Part shown: piece after piece, positions 1 through 12,612 of the stretch | How positions within the stretch are numbered: position 1 is the stretch's first letter | How the letters are laid out: each line of letters begins with the position of its first letter | Assembly: GCA_963575745.1 (NCBI GenBank) | Contig: CAUYUJ010000237.1 | Location: forward strand, 1-64,000 | Length of the DNA stretch: 64,000 bases | Direction of reading: 5' to 3' | Source of the DNA: Prorocentrum cordatum | Taxonomy: Eukaryota | The notes under the pieces: model-generated | Database searches by the model: none | Seen by the model: only the letters and a program-made list of their open reading frames with translations | What the model was told of the DNA's origin: nothing | Program-made: the position numbers and the translations under genes

Positions 1-265
1 GGTGTGTGTGTGGTGTGTGTGTGTGCGTGTGTGTGTGTGCGTGTGTGTGTCTGTGTCTGTGTGTCTGTGTCTGTGTCTGTGTCTGTGTCTGTGTCTGTGT
101 CTGTGTCTGTGTCTGTGTCTGTGTCTGTGTCTGTGTCTGTGTCTGTGTCGGTGTCTGTGTCTGTGTCTGTGTCTGTGTCTGTGTCTGTGTCTGTGTCTGT
201 GTCTGTGTCTGTGTCTGTGTGTGTGTGTGTGTCTGTGTGTGTGTCTGTGTGTGTGCGTGTGTGTG
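1..265. repeat. (GT)n/(GTGTCT)n microsatellite
   Basis: Direct reading of the sequence; the overlapping VC/SV/CL ORFs are translation artefacts. Confidence 0.95.
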
Positions 266-349
266 ACAAAAACCGTACGCGCAGGGGGGACGAACACTCC
301 CCGGACGTCACCAGGGGAGAGAGGAGAGTAGTATTCTTACTGCTTAATT

Positions 350-1190
350 GTAGAGGGAGGAGAAAAAGGAGGAAGATGAGGAGGAGGAGGGGGAGGAGGA
401 GGAGGAGGAGGAGGAGGAGGAGGTGGAGGAGGAGGAGGAGGAGGACGAGGAGGAGGTAAGAGGAGGAGGAGGGGGAGGAGGAGGAGGAGGAGGAGGAGGA
501 GGAGGAGGAGGAGAAGGAGGAGGAGGAGGAGGGGAGAGGAGGAGCTGAGGTAGGTGCGGTGAGGAGCGGCGGTACGCAGGGAGAAAGGAGAAGGAAAAGG
601 AGGAGAAGTTATGGTGGGAGGGGTGAGGAGGAGCATTGGCAGAAAAGAAGGAGGAGGAGGAGGAGGGAGAGAGGAGGAGGAGGAGGACGACGACACGACG
701 GACGACGACGGACGAGGAGGTGTGGAGGGAAGGAGGGGAGGAATAATGACAAAAGGCAGGAGGAGGAGAAGGAGGAGGAGGTATAGAGGGAGGGAGGGGT
801 GAGGAGGAGCATTGGCAGAAAGGAGGGAAGGAGGGAGGGAGGGAGGGAGGGGAGGAGAAATGACATAAGGCAGGAGGAGGAAGAGGTATGGAGGGAGGAG
901 GGAGGGAGGGGAGGAGCAATGACAGAAGGCAGGAGGAGGAGGAGGATGATGATGATGATGGATGATGAGGAGGAGGAGGAGGAGGAGGAGGAGGAGGAGG
1001 AGGAGGTATGGAGGGAGTGATGGGAGGGGGAGGAGCAACGACAGAAGGTATGGAGGGAGGCAGGAGGAGGAGGAGGAGGAGGAGGAGGAGGAGGAGGAGG
1101 AGGAGGAGGAGGAATAGGAGCAAGGACAGCAGGGAGGGAGGGAGGCAGGAGGAGGCATGGAGGGAGGGAGAGAGGGAGGAAGGGAGGAAG
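350..1190. repeat. (GGA)n purine-rich simple repeat
   Basis: Long GGA runs with an internal duplicated block (gtgaggaggagcattggcagaaa near 623 and 799). Confidence 0.9.
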
Positions 1191-2049
1191 GCGGGCTCTG
1201 GCGGCCCCGCGCACAGGGCCGCTGCACGGGCGCAGCCCTTGGCTGGGCTGCGCCGCTCATTGGGCCGTTGTGGGGCGGGCCTTGCTGGCCCGCTGCTCGG
1301 GCGGGCCAGCATCCCCCTCCCCGTTGGGCGGCGCCCAGGCGGACGGCTACCCGGACAGCTACCGCCATCCGCACTTCAGCGGCCCGGCGCCGGGTGGCCA
1401 CCAGGCGGCCCCGCCGGCAGTCGCCGCGCTATGCGCGGGCAGGTCCGCCGCGGCGATCGAGGCGCAGTCCGCCAGGCCTGGAGCAGCAGGGGTGGGTGGG
1501 GAGGGGAGGTTTGACCCCAGACCTATGACGACGAGGGCGACGAGGACCAGGGATGAAGAGAAGGAGGAGGAGGAGGAGGAGAGGAAGAGGAGGAGGATGA
1601 GGAGGAGGGGGAGGGGGAGGGGGAGGGGGAGGAAGAGCAGGAGGAGGCTTGGCTTGGCTCGGGTTGGCCCTAAAGGCTGGTGCAAAACTTCGTTCTTCAA
1701 GTCGGAACCCTCCTCAAAATCATGGTCCGCGGAGGCTGAAGAGGCTCGCTGGGTAGCCAGACGGCCCAGCTCGATCACTCTGAGACGGTCCTCGACCGTC
1801 AGACCAACAGCTTTCAGCACTTCGCCCCGCCCGCCCACTTCCCCCCGCTCCCACGTCGAACGAGGCTGGCTGACAGGGCTGTAAGGGGGCAGGGGCGGCC
1901 TCGTCCTGCTTACGCAGGCTCCCTTTCGCCGCTGGACGTCAACCATGATAATCCTTGCAACGACTGCAAACTTTAAGGCGACTGTGCGCGGCTTTAAGGC
2001 CAGAGCCACATGTTCAAAAGGAGCCGCCGTCCATCCGTGAAACCCTTGC

Positions 2050-2270
2050 AAACGGTTAAGACGAATTTGCGCGGTGTTCAGGCCAGGGCCACATTTTGAA
2101 AGCGGCCCGCCCTCCATCCCCGAAGCTGTTGCAACTTTGTATAGGACGGATGTGCGCGACGCTCAGGCCAGAACCACATTTTGAAAGCGGACCGCTCTCC
2201 GTGTTAAGACGAATGTGCGCGGTGCTAAGACGACAGCCACATTTTGAAAGCGGCCCGCCCTCCAGCGGCG
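2050..2270. repeat. Three diverged copies of a ~65-85 bp unit with core CCACATTTTGAAAGCGG; dispersed family
   Basis: Core seen near 2090, 2174 and 2238; related inverted motifs (GGGCGGGCCGTTTCAAAAT, GCGCCGTTTTCAAAATGG) near 48552 and 48721. Confidence 0.65.
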
Positions 2271-2657
2271 AAGGTGTTGCACATGTCAACTGTAAAGGTC
2301 ATAACTCATAAGTGGTTCGAAATCCCCAGGCAAAGCGCCAGGCCGGCCTACCGAACCGTCTCGGGGTGCGGCAGTGAAGGGTTTCTTATACGAAAGATGA
2401 AGGGATAATGAGGATGATGAGGATGAGAAGGCGGAGGGTCAGCGACGACGATGTCGTCGGGCCTTGGAGGTTGTGTAGTAGGAGGAGCGCAGGAGGAGGA
2501 GGAGGAGGAGGAGGAGGAGGAGGAGGACGACGACGACGACGAGACACATACACAACAGGGTTTCACTCCCCTATGCCGGGGTACCTAACAGGGAGGAGCT
2601 GGAGACGAAAAAGGAAAACTGATAGAAGGATGACGGGGAGAGGGGGAGGAGGAGGAG

Positions 2658-2679
2658 ACCGTAACCATGTTGGCTCAAT
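2658..2679 (+). other. Relict dinoflagellate spliced leader (19/22), followed by a second more decayed copy at 2681-2700
   Basis: ACCGTAACCATGTTGGCTCAAT versus consensus DCCGTAGCCATTTTGGCTCAAG; then CCGTAGTGTTTTGGGACAGG. Confidence 0.75.
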
Positions 2680-2853
2680 TCCGTAGTGTTTTGGGACAGG
2701 ACTTGACCTTGCTGGCGCGGGGTGGATGGCGGCCCCCAGAGTCACGCTTCGTCGGTAGGTCGGACGAGGGCTATTTGTTTCCCTGGCGTTCGTCCGCCAG
2801 GAACCTTTCGCGATTGCTAGTTTCAGTCTTCGGCAGCTTCCCTGGCTCAAGCG

Positions 2854-3882
2854 ATGGTGGGTTGGGGATGCAGGGCATGTAGTGCACGGAGCAGAGGCGC
2901 TCAGGCTCGATGCTGCACTTGCAAAGGCTACAATCCAGAACATGGGCGAAAGCCAGCGGCAGGACAAGGGCCACCTCAACACGGGGTATGGGCAAGAGGA
3001 CCAGGGGCGCGCGACTGCCTCTTGGCCCTTGGGGAGAACGACCACCCAAGGCCCCGCGAGGACCAGTGCAGCGCCAGCAACCGAAGAGCAACATTGTACA
3101 GCAATTCGATGAGACGCAGATGGAGACTTGGAGGAACATGGCTGACGGCAAGTTTTGTCATCGTCTCGGGCGCCCTGTCGCGGAAACAGCGGGACAGGAT
3201 CACCTACCGCCGTAGGCTGCGCGCGGCGGCAATGGGGGATCCCGAGCTCAACAAGGACCTGCCCCAGGCGGTGGCAAGAGCGCAGCACATGGTGCTCCAG
3301 CCCACCCAGCGCGCAGACAACGCCCAAGCGGCAGCGCGGGAGGCCGCCATGAAGGCGGTGGATTCCCAGCAGGTGCTGCAGCAGGCAACGGAGGAGCTCG
3401 AGCAGGCCAAGCGCGAGGCTGCAACCAAGATCGGCAGCAGTCAGCCAGCAACAAGAGAGCTTCCCCCAGAGCTCTGGAAGCACGTGCGCAAGCTCGCGGA
3501 GCTCGTTAAGAAGCTCACGTCCAGCGCTGAAGGAACCGCGGCAGCGGGTGACGGACTAGAGGAGACAGGAACCAGGCAGCGGGACAAAATCCAGCAAGCG
3601 CTCGCGCAGGTGGAGGCCTTGCTGCGAAACATGCTGGGGCTGCTGCCAGGGCCGGCGCCGCTACTCCAGCCGCGGCGCCAATCGCCCTTTGGGATCCATG
3701 GGGGCCAAGAGGACGCCACCATGGAGGGCTCCCAGTGGATACCTGTTCCAGACGATGAGAGATCGCGGCGGGATGGGATGAGAACGCGTCAGAGGAGACC
3801 AGAGTCAACGCCATTGCAGGTTTCTTCAAAGCCGCGGCCGCGAAGCGGCTGCGGCGAAAGTGATAGGATGGAAATGGAATAA
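2854..3882 (+). pseudogene. LINE-A ORF1-like coiled-coil protein (true start probably further downstream)
   Basis: Ala/Gln/Glu-rich heptad-like sequence (AQRADNAQAAAREAAMKAVDSQQVLQQATEELEQAKRE), lying upstream of EN/RT. Confidence 0.55.
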
Positions 3883-3899
3883 CCGAGTGCGATCCACGC

Positions 3900-4620
3900 G
3901 GCGCCTGAGATCCCCGCGGCGCTCGTCGGCAGGGCGCCGCACCAGCAGGGCACGGGGGGGGGCGCGGGCGCGGGGAGGCGCCTGCGAGACGCGAGCGGCG
4001 GGGCGCAGTTTCGGAAGGCCTCGGCCGCGGACGCGCGGGTGGTCGATGCCCGAGGCCCGAGGCCCCGACGGCCAGCGCCGCGGGGCCCTCGGCGGAGGGG
4101 TGGCCGACGCCTCCGCGCTGGGCCGCGACGGCGGCGAACGCTCGCTGGCAGGCGGCCCCGGCAGAGTCGCGGGGGAGGCGTCGGCGCGGGATCGGGCGCG
4201 TCAATTTCGGCGACCAGCGGCGCGCAATTCCAGAGACCCTCTGCCGCAGACGCGCGGGTGGCCGAAGCCAGAGGCGCTGGGGGCCAGCACCGCGGGGCCC
4301 TCGACAGAGGGGGGGCCGATGCCCCCGCGCAGGGCTGCGACGGCGGCGGCGCCGCTCCCGCGCGACGCCCGCGACCCCTGCACTCGCTGGCGGCCAGCCC
4401 TAGCAGAGGCCAGGAGGAGGCGCGGGCACGGGGGCGAATGCTCCAATTTCGGCGACCAGCGGCGCGAAAGTCCAGAGACCCTCGGCCGCAGACGCGCGGG
4501 TGGCCGACGCCCGAGGCGCCGCGGGCCAGCGCCGTAGGGCCCTCGACGGAGGGGCGGCCGACGCCCCCACTCCGGGTTGCGACGGTAGCGCAGCTGCGAC
4601 TACGGCCCATGCGACCCCCG
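3900..4620. repeat. GC-rich tandem repeat, about 3 copies of 220-240 bp, between LINE-A ORF1 and ORF2
   Basis: The motif GCCGC(G/A)GACGCGCGGGTGG recurs near 4025, 4243 and 4484. Confidence 0.75.
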
Positions 4621-7600
4621 TGATCCCTGGCGACCCCGTCGTTGGGAGGCGCGGGAGGCGGCGTCGGCGCGGGAACGACCTCATCGTCTTCAGCGACCCA
4701 AGCCTGGGACGCAGACCCTCTGCGAAGACCGCCCGTTGGAGCGAGAAGGGCCCGAGCTACCTCGGGCCCGACAACCGCGCGTCAGCAAACTCGCGTCCAG
4801 GGGGTCGCGGTGCGCCGCCTGAAAGGAAAGAGGCCCGACGATGCCAATGAGATGATCTCCGAGGTGGGCTGGGCCGCCATGGCGGTCGCGGCAACGGGGG
4901 CAGCGGGGCATGGGGCACGTGGCCATGGAGGAGCAAGGCCCAGTTCCAAGAAGGACCTGGCATGGAGTAGCAGGCACAGTGGGCAGCTGTGTCGACTCGA
5001 CTCCAGGGATTGGAGGTGCTCTTCGTGCCCGCGCACCTGACAGCACGAGTTGGGCTGGCAGGCCCACGCGTTGAGACTCTCAACAGCATGGCGTCTTTTG
5101 TCAAGACCAAGGGTCTTCTGTTCATCCTTATGGATGATAGGAAAATGGGGCAGCCTGAAGTATACAAGATCCAGATCATCACTTTTCTCAGGAGTGTGGC
5201 GCAGCCCAGAGGAGGAACGGCTAGGTGGTCATAGACTCATTGACGATTGCTTTGTCTCTGGGCAGCTAGGTGGATTGGCCCCCCTCAGATGAGAAGTGAA
5301 AAGCCCCTTGGGCGGCCCCGCGCCACGGCGTGCTCGGGGCCCCCCCGAGCAGCGCCAGAGCAGGTCGCGACGCGAGCGCCAGTGCAGCCAGTGCCAGTTT
5401 TAACAGCTTTTGGCCCAGATGAGTCCTGAGACCTCCATTTGGAAGCGATCCAGGAAAGAGTAAATGTCAGCATGCGCGCCCGGAGCTCGCCGACAAGCAG
5501 CTGGGATCGCCAGGTCATGCATGCGTGGAGCATGCCCCGGCAGCTGAAAATTTGCTGCGCAGCAGGCAGGCCGACGACGGGCAGGCAGCAGCAAGCAATG
5601 AGGGCTTTCTCTCGAGTCCAAGCCCACTCCGTTGCAAGCGACCAAGCCGGTAGGGTCGTCGAACGCAGCCGGCGCCCATTCGCAGTTGACGGCCCTACAG
5701 GCGCGACTTCGTATTCCGAGAGGCCCCGTGTCCAAGGGGTGGGGACGGGAGGTCGGTCTTGTGGGCGGTCGAAGCGATGGCGTGCTTTGCTGCAGAGCTG
5801 CTTGGGCGAGCAGCGGATGCAATGGACGGCTCCGGCAACGAGATGTCAAACCAGTTCAGAAATCTTGGCAGCGAGGCGATCGACAGGGAAGTCACAGCAG
5901 CGGGCCGAATGGCCCGCGGGATCGAATCCCTTTTTCGCAGGAGTGCCCCCGGGGATTCAGGAACTGGGCCCAGGTCAGTTTGGAACAAGGGGCTGGCCGT
6001 GCATCGCCACGCAAAACTCTGGGGCACGCCCGAGAATGTCCTCTTCGTGGCCAGGGGCGCCCAAGGCGATCCGACCCAGGATCTCTCGGTCAGGATTCAG
6101 CGGCAAAAGCAAGGGCCGCCCACGGGATCAGGCATGGCGCAGGACATCCGACGCGCGGCGAGAAAGCATAGCGCCCCTCTAGACCCCATCGAGAGGCAGG
6201 AAGTCTTAGATGCCCTCGAAATTTGCGAAACCGCTCTTAGGCATGGGGGCTGACCGAAGCAACCCGAGCTGGCGGGGCCAGCCCCCGCTAGGTGGCACCC
6301 CCCGCCTCGCCTACCTCCTCCACTCTTTAGAGCTAGAGCTGGCGTGGCCAGCCCAGACAGCGGTCAACGTAGTTCAGCCCATGTATAAGTCTGAGGAAGA
6401 TGACGGACCAATCGCTCTCACCCACGCGCCGCGCGGAGTCTGGCCCCGGATCCGGAGATGGCAGGTCGCCGCGTGGTCGGCCCCGCGCGTTCGCATTCGG
6501 GATGAGGCGGCGGTTGGGCCCAGTTGTTTGCGCGCGGCGTTGTTCCGACAGGTGAAGTTGGAATTGCTCCTCCCCCAGGGTTCCCCTGGTGCGAGGCGCT
6601 TTAGGATATGGTAAGTTGCATGGCGCGCTTCAGCCACGGCAGCTGTGGATAGCAGGTGGGCAAGTTGGCTGCCCTCACCAGCCTCGTCCACGGGCTGGGC
6701 CTCCACTCCGATCCTCGCCTCTGCGAGGGAGATGGGGCGGTGGCCGTGCCAGTCCAGGCCCCCAGGGAATCCTGGCAGGTCGCAGCCACAGCTGCAGCGT
6801 AGCCTTTCTTGCTATGGCAAGCAGGGAGCAATGTCTCCGCATTTCAGCCGAGACAACGCTAGTGCCCCGCCCACCGCACATCGCCAGTGCTGCTCATTCT
6901 ACGCTGCAAGAGTTAGATATCTGTCATTCTGAAGTGCAGCCAGATAGTCCAGGACATAGGCATCGATGGCACGCCGCATCGCAGCGTCACGGCGCGCGCC
7001 AAAGAGAGACGGCAGGCCGGCACAGACAGGGGCAATCTGATCAAGCTAGTGGCCAAGTCGGCGCGCAATGGAACTAGATTTGCCAGGGCAGGGTACGTCC
7101 CGCAGGCAGCTTGGGGCCAGGAGACCCATTCGATCGCGCCGCCAGTGCTGCTTGGCACGCGCGCACAGATCTCGGGGATGATTGGCCGAGAGGAGGGGGG
7201 CTGCGCGACGGCCGCGACCCGCGCGACACCCCCATCGACCCACCGAGATCCTATGGTTTTTGGCGGACTCCGATTGTTTAAGAAATGGGTAGCCATTCTG
7301 CCTATCATCGCCCTGGACAGAAGACAGGCACTAGAATATTGCATGGCGGAAGGCTCGGGCGGATCTCGAGCCAGCCAGCGACGCGCTCAGCAAAGTCAAG
7401 GGCGCGCTCGCGGCACCGATTGCCGCTTTGCAGGATTTAAGTTTCAAGGCAGACGCGCCGCAGAGCTGGGGCGACCAGGACGGGGGGGGGGGCATCAATC
7501 GGAGGCGGACGATCCCGAGCGCATTGGTTGAGTTTGAATACCATGGCGCATTGGATCAGCAAGCGTGGTCGACGGCATCCAAGCACTTCCAGGGTAAGGG

Positions 7601-9296
7601 GCTGGAGCTAGAGTTTGGCCCCGATCTTTGCACGAACAGAACAGGGCGCGAGTGCGCCAGCTCAAAAAAAAGGAAGCATTGTGAATTGAGTGTTTTCCGC
7701 ATGGTCATGACAGGAGCACTCCGGCCAGCCAGCAGAGGATTTGGCGTGGAGGCCTCGCGACCGCCACCGCCGCCCCCCGAGGCCGACGCGGCCGGCCCGC
7801 CCCAGAACCCCGCGGGACCCCGAGACCGTGAAGTTTTCAGGAGGGGGAAGAAGAGGCTGGCTTGTCTTTTGAGGGCGTGCTGCGTCTGACCCAGGAGGAG
7901 GTGGAGCTGGCCTGGGAAGGCCCACCACGGGAGCCCATTGGAGCCCGAGGAGCCCTGCAGACCGCGTCGCCCGACCCGGACCAGCCTGGCTTGCCCTCGG
8001 TGCTTAGCGCCACAGGAAACGCGTTTTTCACCAAGTTTGGGAGTGCCCAGCCAATGAAACCCAGGAAGGGGCTCAACAATGAACTCGCTCCCCAGGCGCA
8101 GGATGAGGCCAACGATTGGCCTTGTTTCTGGCTCCGTTGGTTTGTGCCCGCGTTGAGGACGCACCGGCGCGCGACCCGCCCGGTCCATGGACAACCAATC
8201 TTGGGAGGCGAGCTGGGTGGGCAGCCCTCGTTTCACTTGGGCCAGCGTTCGATCATAGCCACAGACGGATCGGGAGGCAAATGCCATGAAGATTACCGCT
8301 TGCGTAGAGGCGGGCGGGCTCCTGCCATACTCAGAGGATGGGGGGCTCGCGGCTTGGGCACATGGACCAGTCGACCTTTGGAAGCAGCCCGTCCCGATCG
8401 CAGAGCTTACCGCAGTCTCCAAGGCCGTCCATTTCACGACAGGCCCGCTGGTGCTAGTTGCAGGCGCGTAGAATCTCGCCGATGGGATTAGGCAAGGCCC
8501 AGCAGGACTGCATGGGAGCATGCGTTTGTGGAGTACTGTTTGGGAGGCGGTCGGTGACCGCCCGATCGGTCGCCCAAAAAGTCAAGGCCCACCTCTCGGT
8601 AGAGCAGGCCAGGAGGTCCAGGTTCTCCCAGCGCAGTGGCTCGCGAATGTGCATGCTGATGTGTGCGCAGGGGAGGGAGCGAGGGCCGCCCAGGTGCCAG
8701 CCCAGGACACTCAGGAAGTTGTCAGGATCGATGAGCTAGCCAGTCGAGCCCAGCGAAGGCTCACCACAGTGGTAGCACACGTTGCCAGCCACGCTCTGGA
8801 GATTTGTGGGGCTTCGTTTCGGACCGATCGGCAGCATGAGGCCACAAGGCGGGCGGAGGGGCGGAAAGCGCACGAAGAAGCTGCGCGATCAGTCAGGCCC
8901 GGCGCCAAGCGAAGACTGGTGCCATGGGCACTTTACTGCGTGACCTGCCACGGCCGACCCGCCGCCGAGGTCCCCCGCGCCTGCAGTGGCTCGCCTCCCC
9001 ATGCCGAACTCTCCCGCTGCAGCTTGACCCCACCCGCAGGTGGATGAGGTTTCGCGGTTTCTTGTGGTGCAGGGCCTGTGGGGGGGTGGGGGCCCAAAGT
9101 TTCCACGCGTGGGAGAAGCCCTGCACGAGCCTCCGAAGGAGGATCGCTGATGCCCGCGAAGGAGGGAAGATGCCTAAGTATAAAGGGTGGCCCCACCCAG
9201 ACGACCTGGAGCCCCCCGGAGAGGTTTCATTCTAAGTGGTCGCTGCCACTGCGCCGCATGCCAGAGGACCATCGGCGCCCAATTCGGTAAGAGGTA

Positions 9297-11500
9297 AGGG
9301 GAGGAGGAGGAGGAGGAGGAGGAGGAGGAGGAGAGAGGAGGAGGAGGAGGGGAGGAGGAGGAGGAGGAGGAGGAGGAGGAGGAGGAGGAGGAGGAGGAGG
9401 AGGAGAGGGAGGAGGAGGAGGAGGAGGAGGAGGAGGAGGAGGAGGAGGAGGAGGAGGAGGAGGAGGAGGGAGGAGGAGGAGGAGGAGGAGGAGGAGGGAG
9501 GAGGAGGAGGAGGAGGAGGAGGAGGAGGAGGAGGAGGAGAGGAGAGAGAGGAGGAGGGGCACGGGAGAAGAGGAAGAGGGGTATACCTTGTGGCGTCCTG
9601 ACCAAAGCCGGGGCGGCCAGGAGAGGGAGCGGAGGGGAGGGGATGGCCCCAGACTTCGCGACGTCTTGTAAGGAAATGGCGGCCAGGCTCTCCACGGTTT
9701 CGCATGGCTTTCGGGCGTCGTCAAAGAGGGATACGTGAAGAAAGCAACACGTCTTCAGGAAGGGCGCGAGGTTTCGGGGGTTCGCGTACACAAGCAGTCA
9801 CGACTTCGTGGAGGAGGAGTGCAGACGTCTGGGGACAGAGGATCGAGGTTCGGGGATTGAGCCTCTTGGATGGGGGCGGTCTGGGATTTTGGGTGGGGGT
9901 TAATGGGGAAGGGATTCTCGTCGCTACTATCGGACTTTCTTCGAAATTATGGTTCAAACACTAAGTTGTATAGGCCCGGGGCGGAGGAGGATGAGGCGGA
10001 GGAGGAGGAAAAGGGGGAGGCGGAGGAGGAGGAGGATGAGGGGGAGGAGGAGGAGGAGGAGGAGGAGGAGGAGGAGGAGGAAGGAGGACGCCAGCGACGA
10101 CGACGTCAGCGGGAGTGTTCGTTGTCGTCCTCATAAGAGGAGGAGGGGGAGGAGGAGGAGGAGGAGGAGGAGGAGGAGGAGGAGGAGGAGGAGGGCCAGC
10201 GACGACGACGTCAGCGGGAGTGTTCGTTGTTTCGTTGTCGTTCTCGCAGGAGGAGGAGGAGGAGGAAGAGGAGGAGGATGAGGAGGAGGTGGAGGAGGAG
10301 GCGGGAGTCGTCAGCGTTCCGCCCCCCACTGCTCCCCCACCCGTTATTCATTCCATCGTGGCACAGCTTGCACAACATCTATCCTTTTGCGGGCATCCTT
10401 GCTTCACAAGCCCTACGTAGGAGTCTCATTTCCTTGTGGCGCGCTGTTACGTAGAAGCTGCCATCTTACCACCGAGGCCACATCGCCTGAGCGGGGTACC
10501 TTTTTCTTGTGGCAAAGGCGCACAAGTCCGACGGATCCGCGAAGGATGAGACGGGGGAGAAGGAGGATGAGCAGGGGGAGGAGGAGGGAGAAGGGAGAAG
10601 GAGGAGGATGGAGGAGGAGGAGGAGGAGGAGGAGGAGGAGGAGGAGGGGGAGGAGGAGATTGAGGAGCAGGAGGACGAGCAGGGGGAGACCACGGTTCGC
10701 TCGCTGGTGCAAGCCCCTGGGTCGTCTCGGGTGCCCCTCGGGATTCGCTCGCCGCCCACAGCCGCTCTAGCTCAAGCGCACGCTTGGGCTGCGTGATGCT
10801 CCAGACCCTTCGGATTCTCTGAGGCTCCTCCACTTCCTCCTCCTCATCCGCAACCTCCGCCTTCTCTTTCCCCACCTATGCCCTCATCCTCGGCCTCTTC
10901 CTCCTCCTCCTCCTCCTCCTCCTCCTCCTCCTCCTCCTCCTGTGCCTGGCCGCGAGAGGTCGCGCCAGGCACGGTGCCGGAAGAGCTTCCCATGCCCTTT
11001 CTCATGGTCTGCGCCGGCCCTCCCACGCACACGTTGCCGCAATATTGCGCCGCCGTCATCCTCCCGCTCCTCCTCCTCCGCCTCCTCCTCCTCCTCCTCC
11101 TCCTCCTCCTCCTCCCACCCCCTCTTCTCCGCGTTTGCCTCCCTCATCTCAGGCATCGCCTCCCCACCCCTTCCCGACCGCTCCAAGGGTGCAGTCCGAC
11201 CAGAGTTTTGAGGGGAGCTCAGTGGCGACGCGAGGCCCCCCCCCACCGAAGGCCCAAGAGGGCAAAGAACATCGGTCATCGATCTTCTTGCTCCTCATAA
11301 CTCTCCTCCTCCTCCTCCTCATCCTCATCCTCATCCTCATCCTCAACTCCCTCCTGCTTCTCCTCCTCCTCCTCCTCCTCCGTCCCTCCCTCCCTCCCTC
11401 CCTCCCTCCCTCCCTCCCTCCCTCCCTCCCTCCCTCCTCCTCCTCCTCCTCCTCCTCCTCCTCCTCCTCCTCCTCCTCCTCCTCCTCCTCTTTCTCTCCT
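9297..11500. repeat. Clustered (GGA)n/(CCT)n simple repeats with short unique inserts
   Basis: Direct reading; includes a duplicated gccagcgacgacgacgtcagcgggagtgttcgttgt near 10090 and 10195. Confidence 0.85.
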
Positions 11501-11889
11501 TCTCCTCATCACACACGCGCACAACCTCAAGACACCTGAGTTCAATGAACGCTGCATGCCGAAAGCACTGACATAAAGATGCGAAGACGGGAGGACAGAG
11601 AGCAGTGGTGGCGACGGTGGCGGAACGGATGCCTATCCCCTGAGCGAGTGCTCCCTGAAATCCGCTACCATCTCGCGACCCAAGTAGGGATCCACGGGCA
11701 CATGGAAGCGCCTCAGGTCAGGGTGAGGCTCCCAAGGGCCCCAGACCCCGCTCACTTCTGGAAACTGGCCCCTGATCTCGCAAGCAAACGCAAGCGCGAG
11801 CATGCGGCACAACTCTGTCGGGTACGCGATTGCTGCAACAGGCCTCAAGCAGCCTAACTCTCTTTGCTTTGTAGAGGACAGGTAGCCCT

Positions 11890-12612
11890 GTTCTGTTTCC
11901 TTTCACGCTTTCGCACTCGCCGTGGTCCACTCGCCGTTGTCCCGAACCCCTTGGAGAGCCAAGTGCCGATGATCCCCTGAACACTTTCTTCCTCAAGACT
12001 GTGAACTCATAATGGCCTCAAAGCCCGGAGCATGCACACATAAGAATGTGGTTGGCTTGAGTGCCTGTGATCCGAAGCGACATTGGTGTATGTCCACCTT
12101 CTTGACGCACGCGCGAGAGAGGAGTCGAGTGATCTCAGGGAGCTGCCAAATGGAGGGAGCCTGCGCCCTGTGACCTTTGGCAAGGTGTTCAAGCATCATG
12201 AGCACTCCGGTTAGCACGCATCCATAGAGGAACACAGTGGCCGTTCTAAGCAAAGCGTTGCCCACTCGAACTTGGCTCCGTCTTCGGCGGTGAACACATT
12301 GAGGCCCCTGGGTTGGAGGAGGCTGCGGAGGGGGCGCGATTTTGCTGTAACTCCTGGGCAGGCTTCGAATCGGGCAGCAGACCAGGTTTCACAGGGTGGG
12401 CCCGCCATTATTCCACAAATGCGGCCGTGCTTGAATAACCCTCACCACCACGACACAGCTTCAGGCGCGGCCCAATCCCCCAAGGTGGCATCGTTAGTCA
12501 GGTCCAAGGAAAGCACCACCACTGCAAATCCCCTGTCCCCGCATTCCTGGTCGAGGCAGTCCTGGAGATTCAAGGATCTGCGATGTCCCGAAAACAGATG
12601 CAGAGAGTACCT
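11890..12612 (-). pseudogene. C5-cytosine DNA methyltransferase domain of LINE-B (disrupted)
   Basis: Motif I LHLFSG (12603-12586), an in-frame TGA at 12444-12442, motif IV AGPPCETWSAAR (from ~12405), a frameshift, motif VI-like MLEHL, motif VIII-like QCRFG..KPT, and a C-terminal C..DHRH..L.G...GEWTTASAKA. Confidence 0.85.

Larger units (their letters stand above)
2658..9295 (+). mobile_element. LINE-A: degenerate non-LTR retrotransposon (ORF1, EN, RT, RNase H, Cys-rich C-terminus) with relict DinoSL at the 5' end
   Basis: Coiled-coil ORF1 (2854-3882); EN remnants (FILMDD.., LIDDCFVS, ~5000-5280); RT remnants (KSEEDDGPIAL..W.RIR, GILAG, 6300-6800); RNase H ATDGSGG..DYRLRR, AELTA and IDELA (8258-8740); CxxC motifs at ~8935 and ~9065. 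Many stops and frameshifts; flanked by (GGA)n. Confidence 0.8.

Noticed and set aside
1..1400. Long ORFs of poly-VC, poly-R, poly-P, poly-S and poly-L (also at 9200-11500, 20900-22700, 31500-33800, 54100-55000, 62700-63400)
   Set aside because: They are stop-free translations of microsatellites in several frames at once, not proteins.
1650..2050. Possible minus-strand exon(s); similar islands at 9600-9830 and 10940-11060
   Set aside because: Unique sequence, but I could not establish frame or phase-consistent junctions.
10755..10776. Weak SL-like match CCCACAGCCGCTCTAGCTCAAG (15/22)
   Set aside because: Too diverged, and no element or gene recognisable downstream; may be chance.
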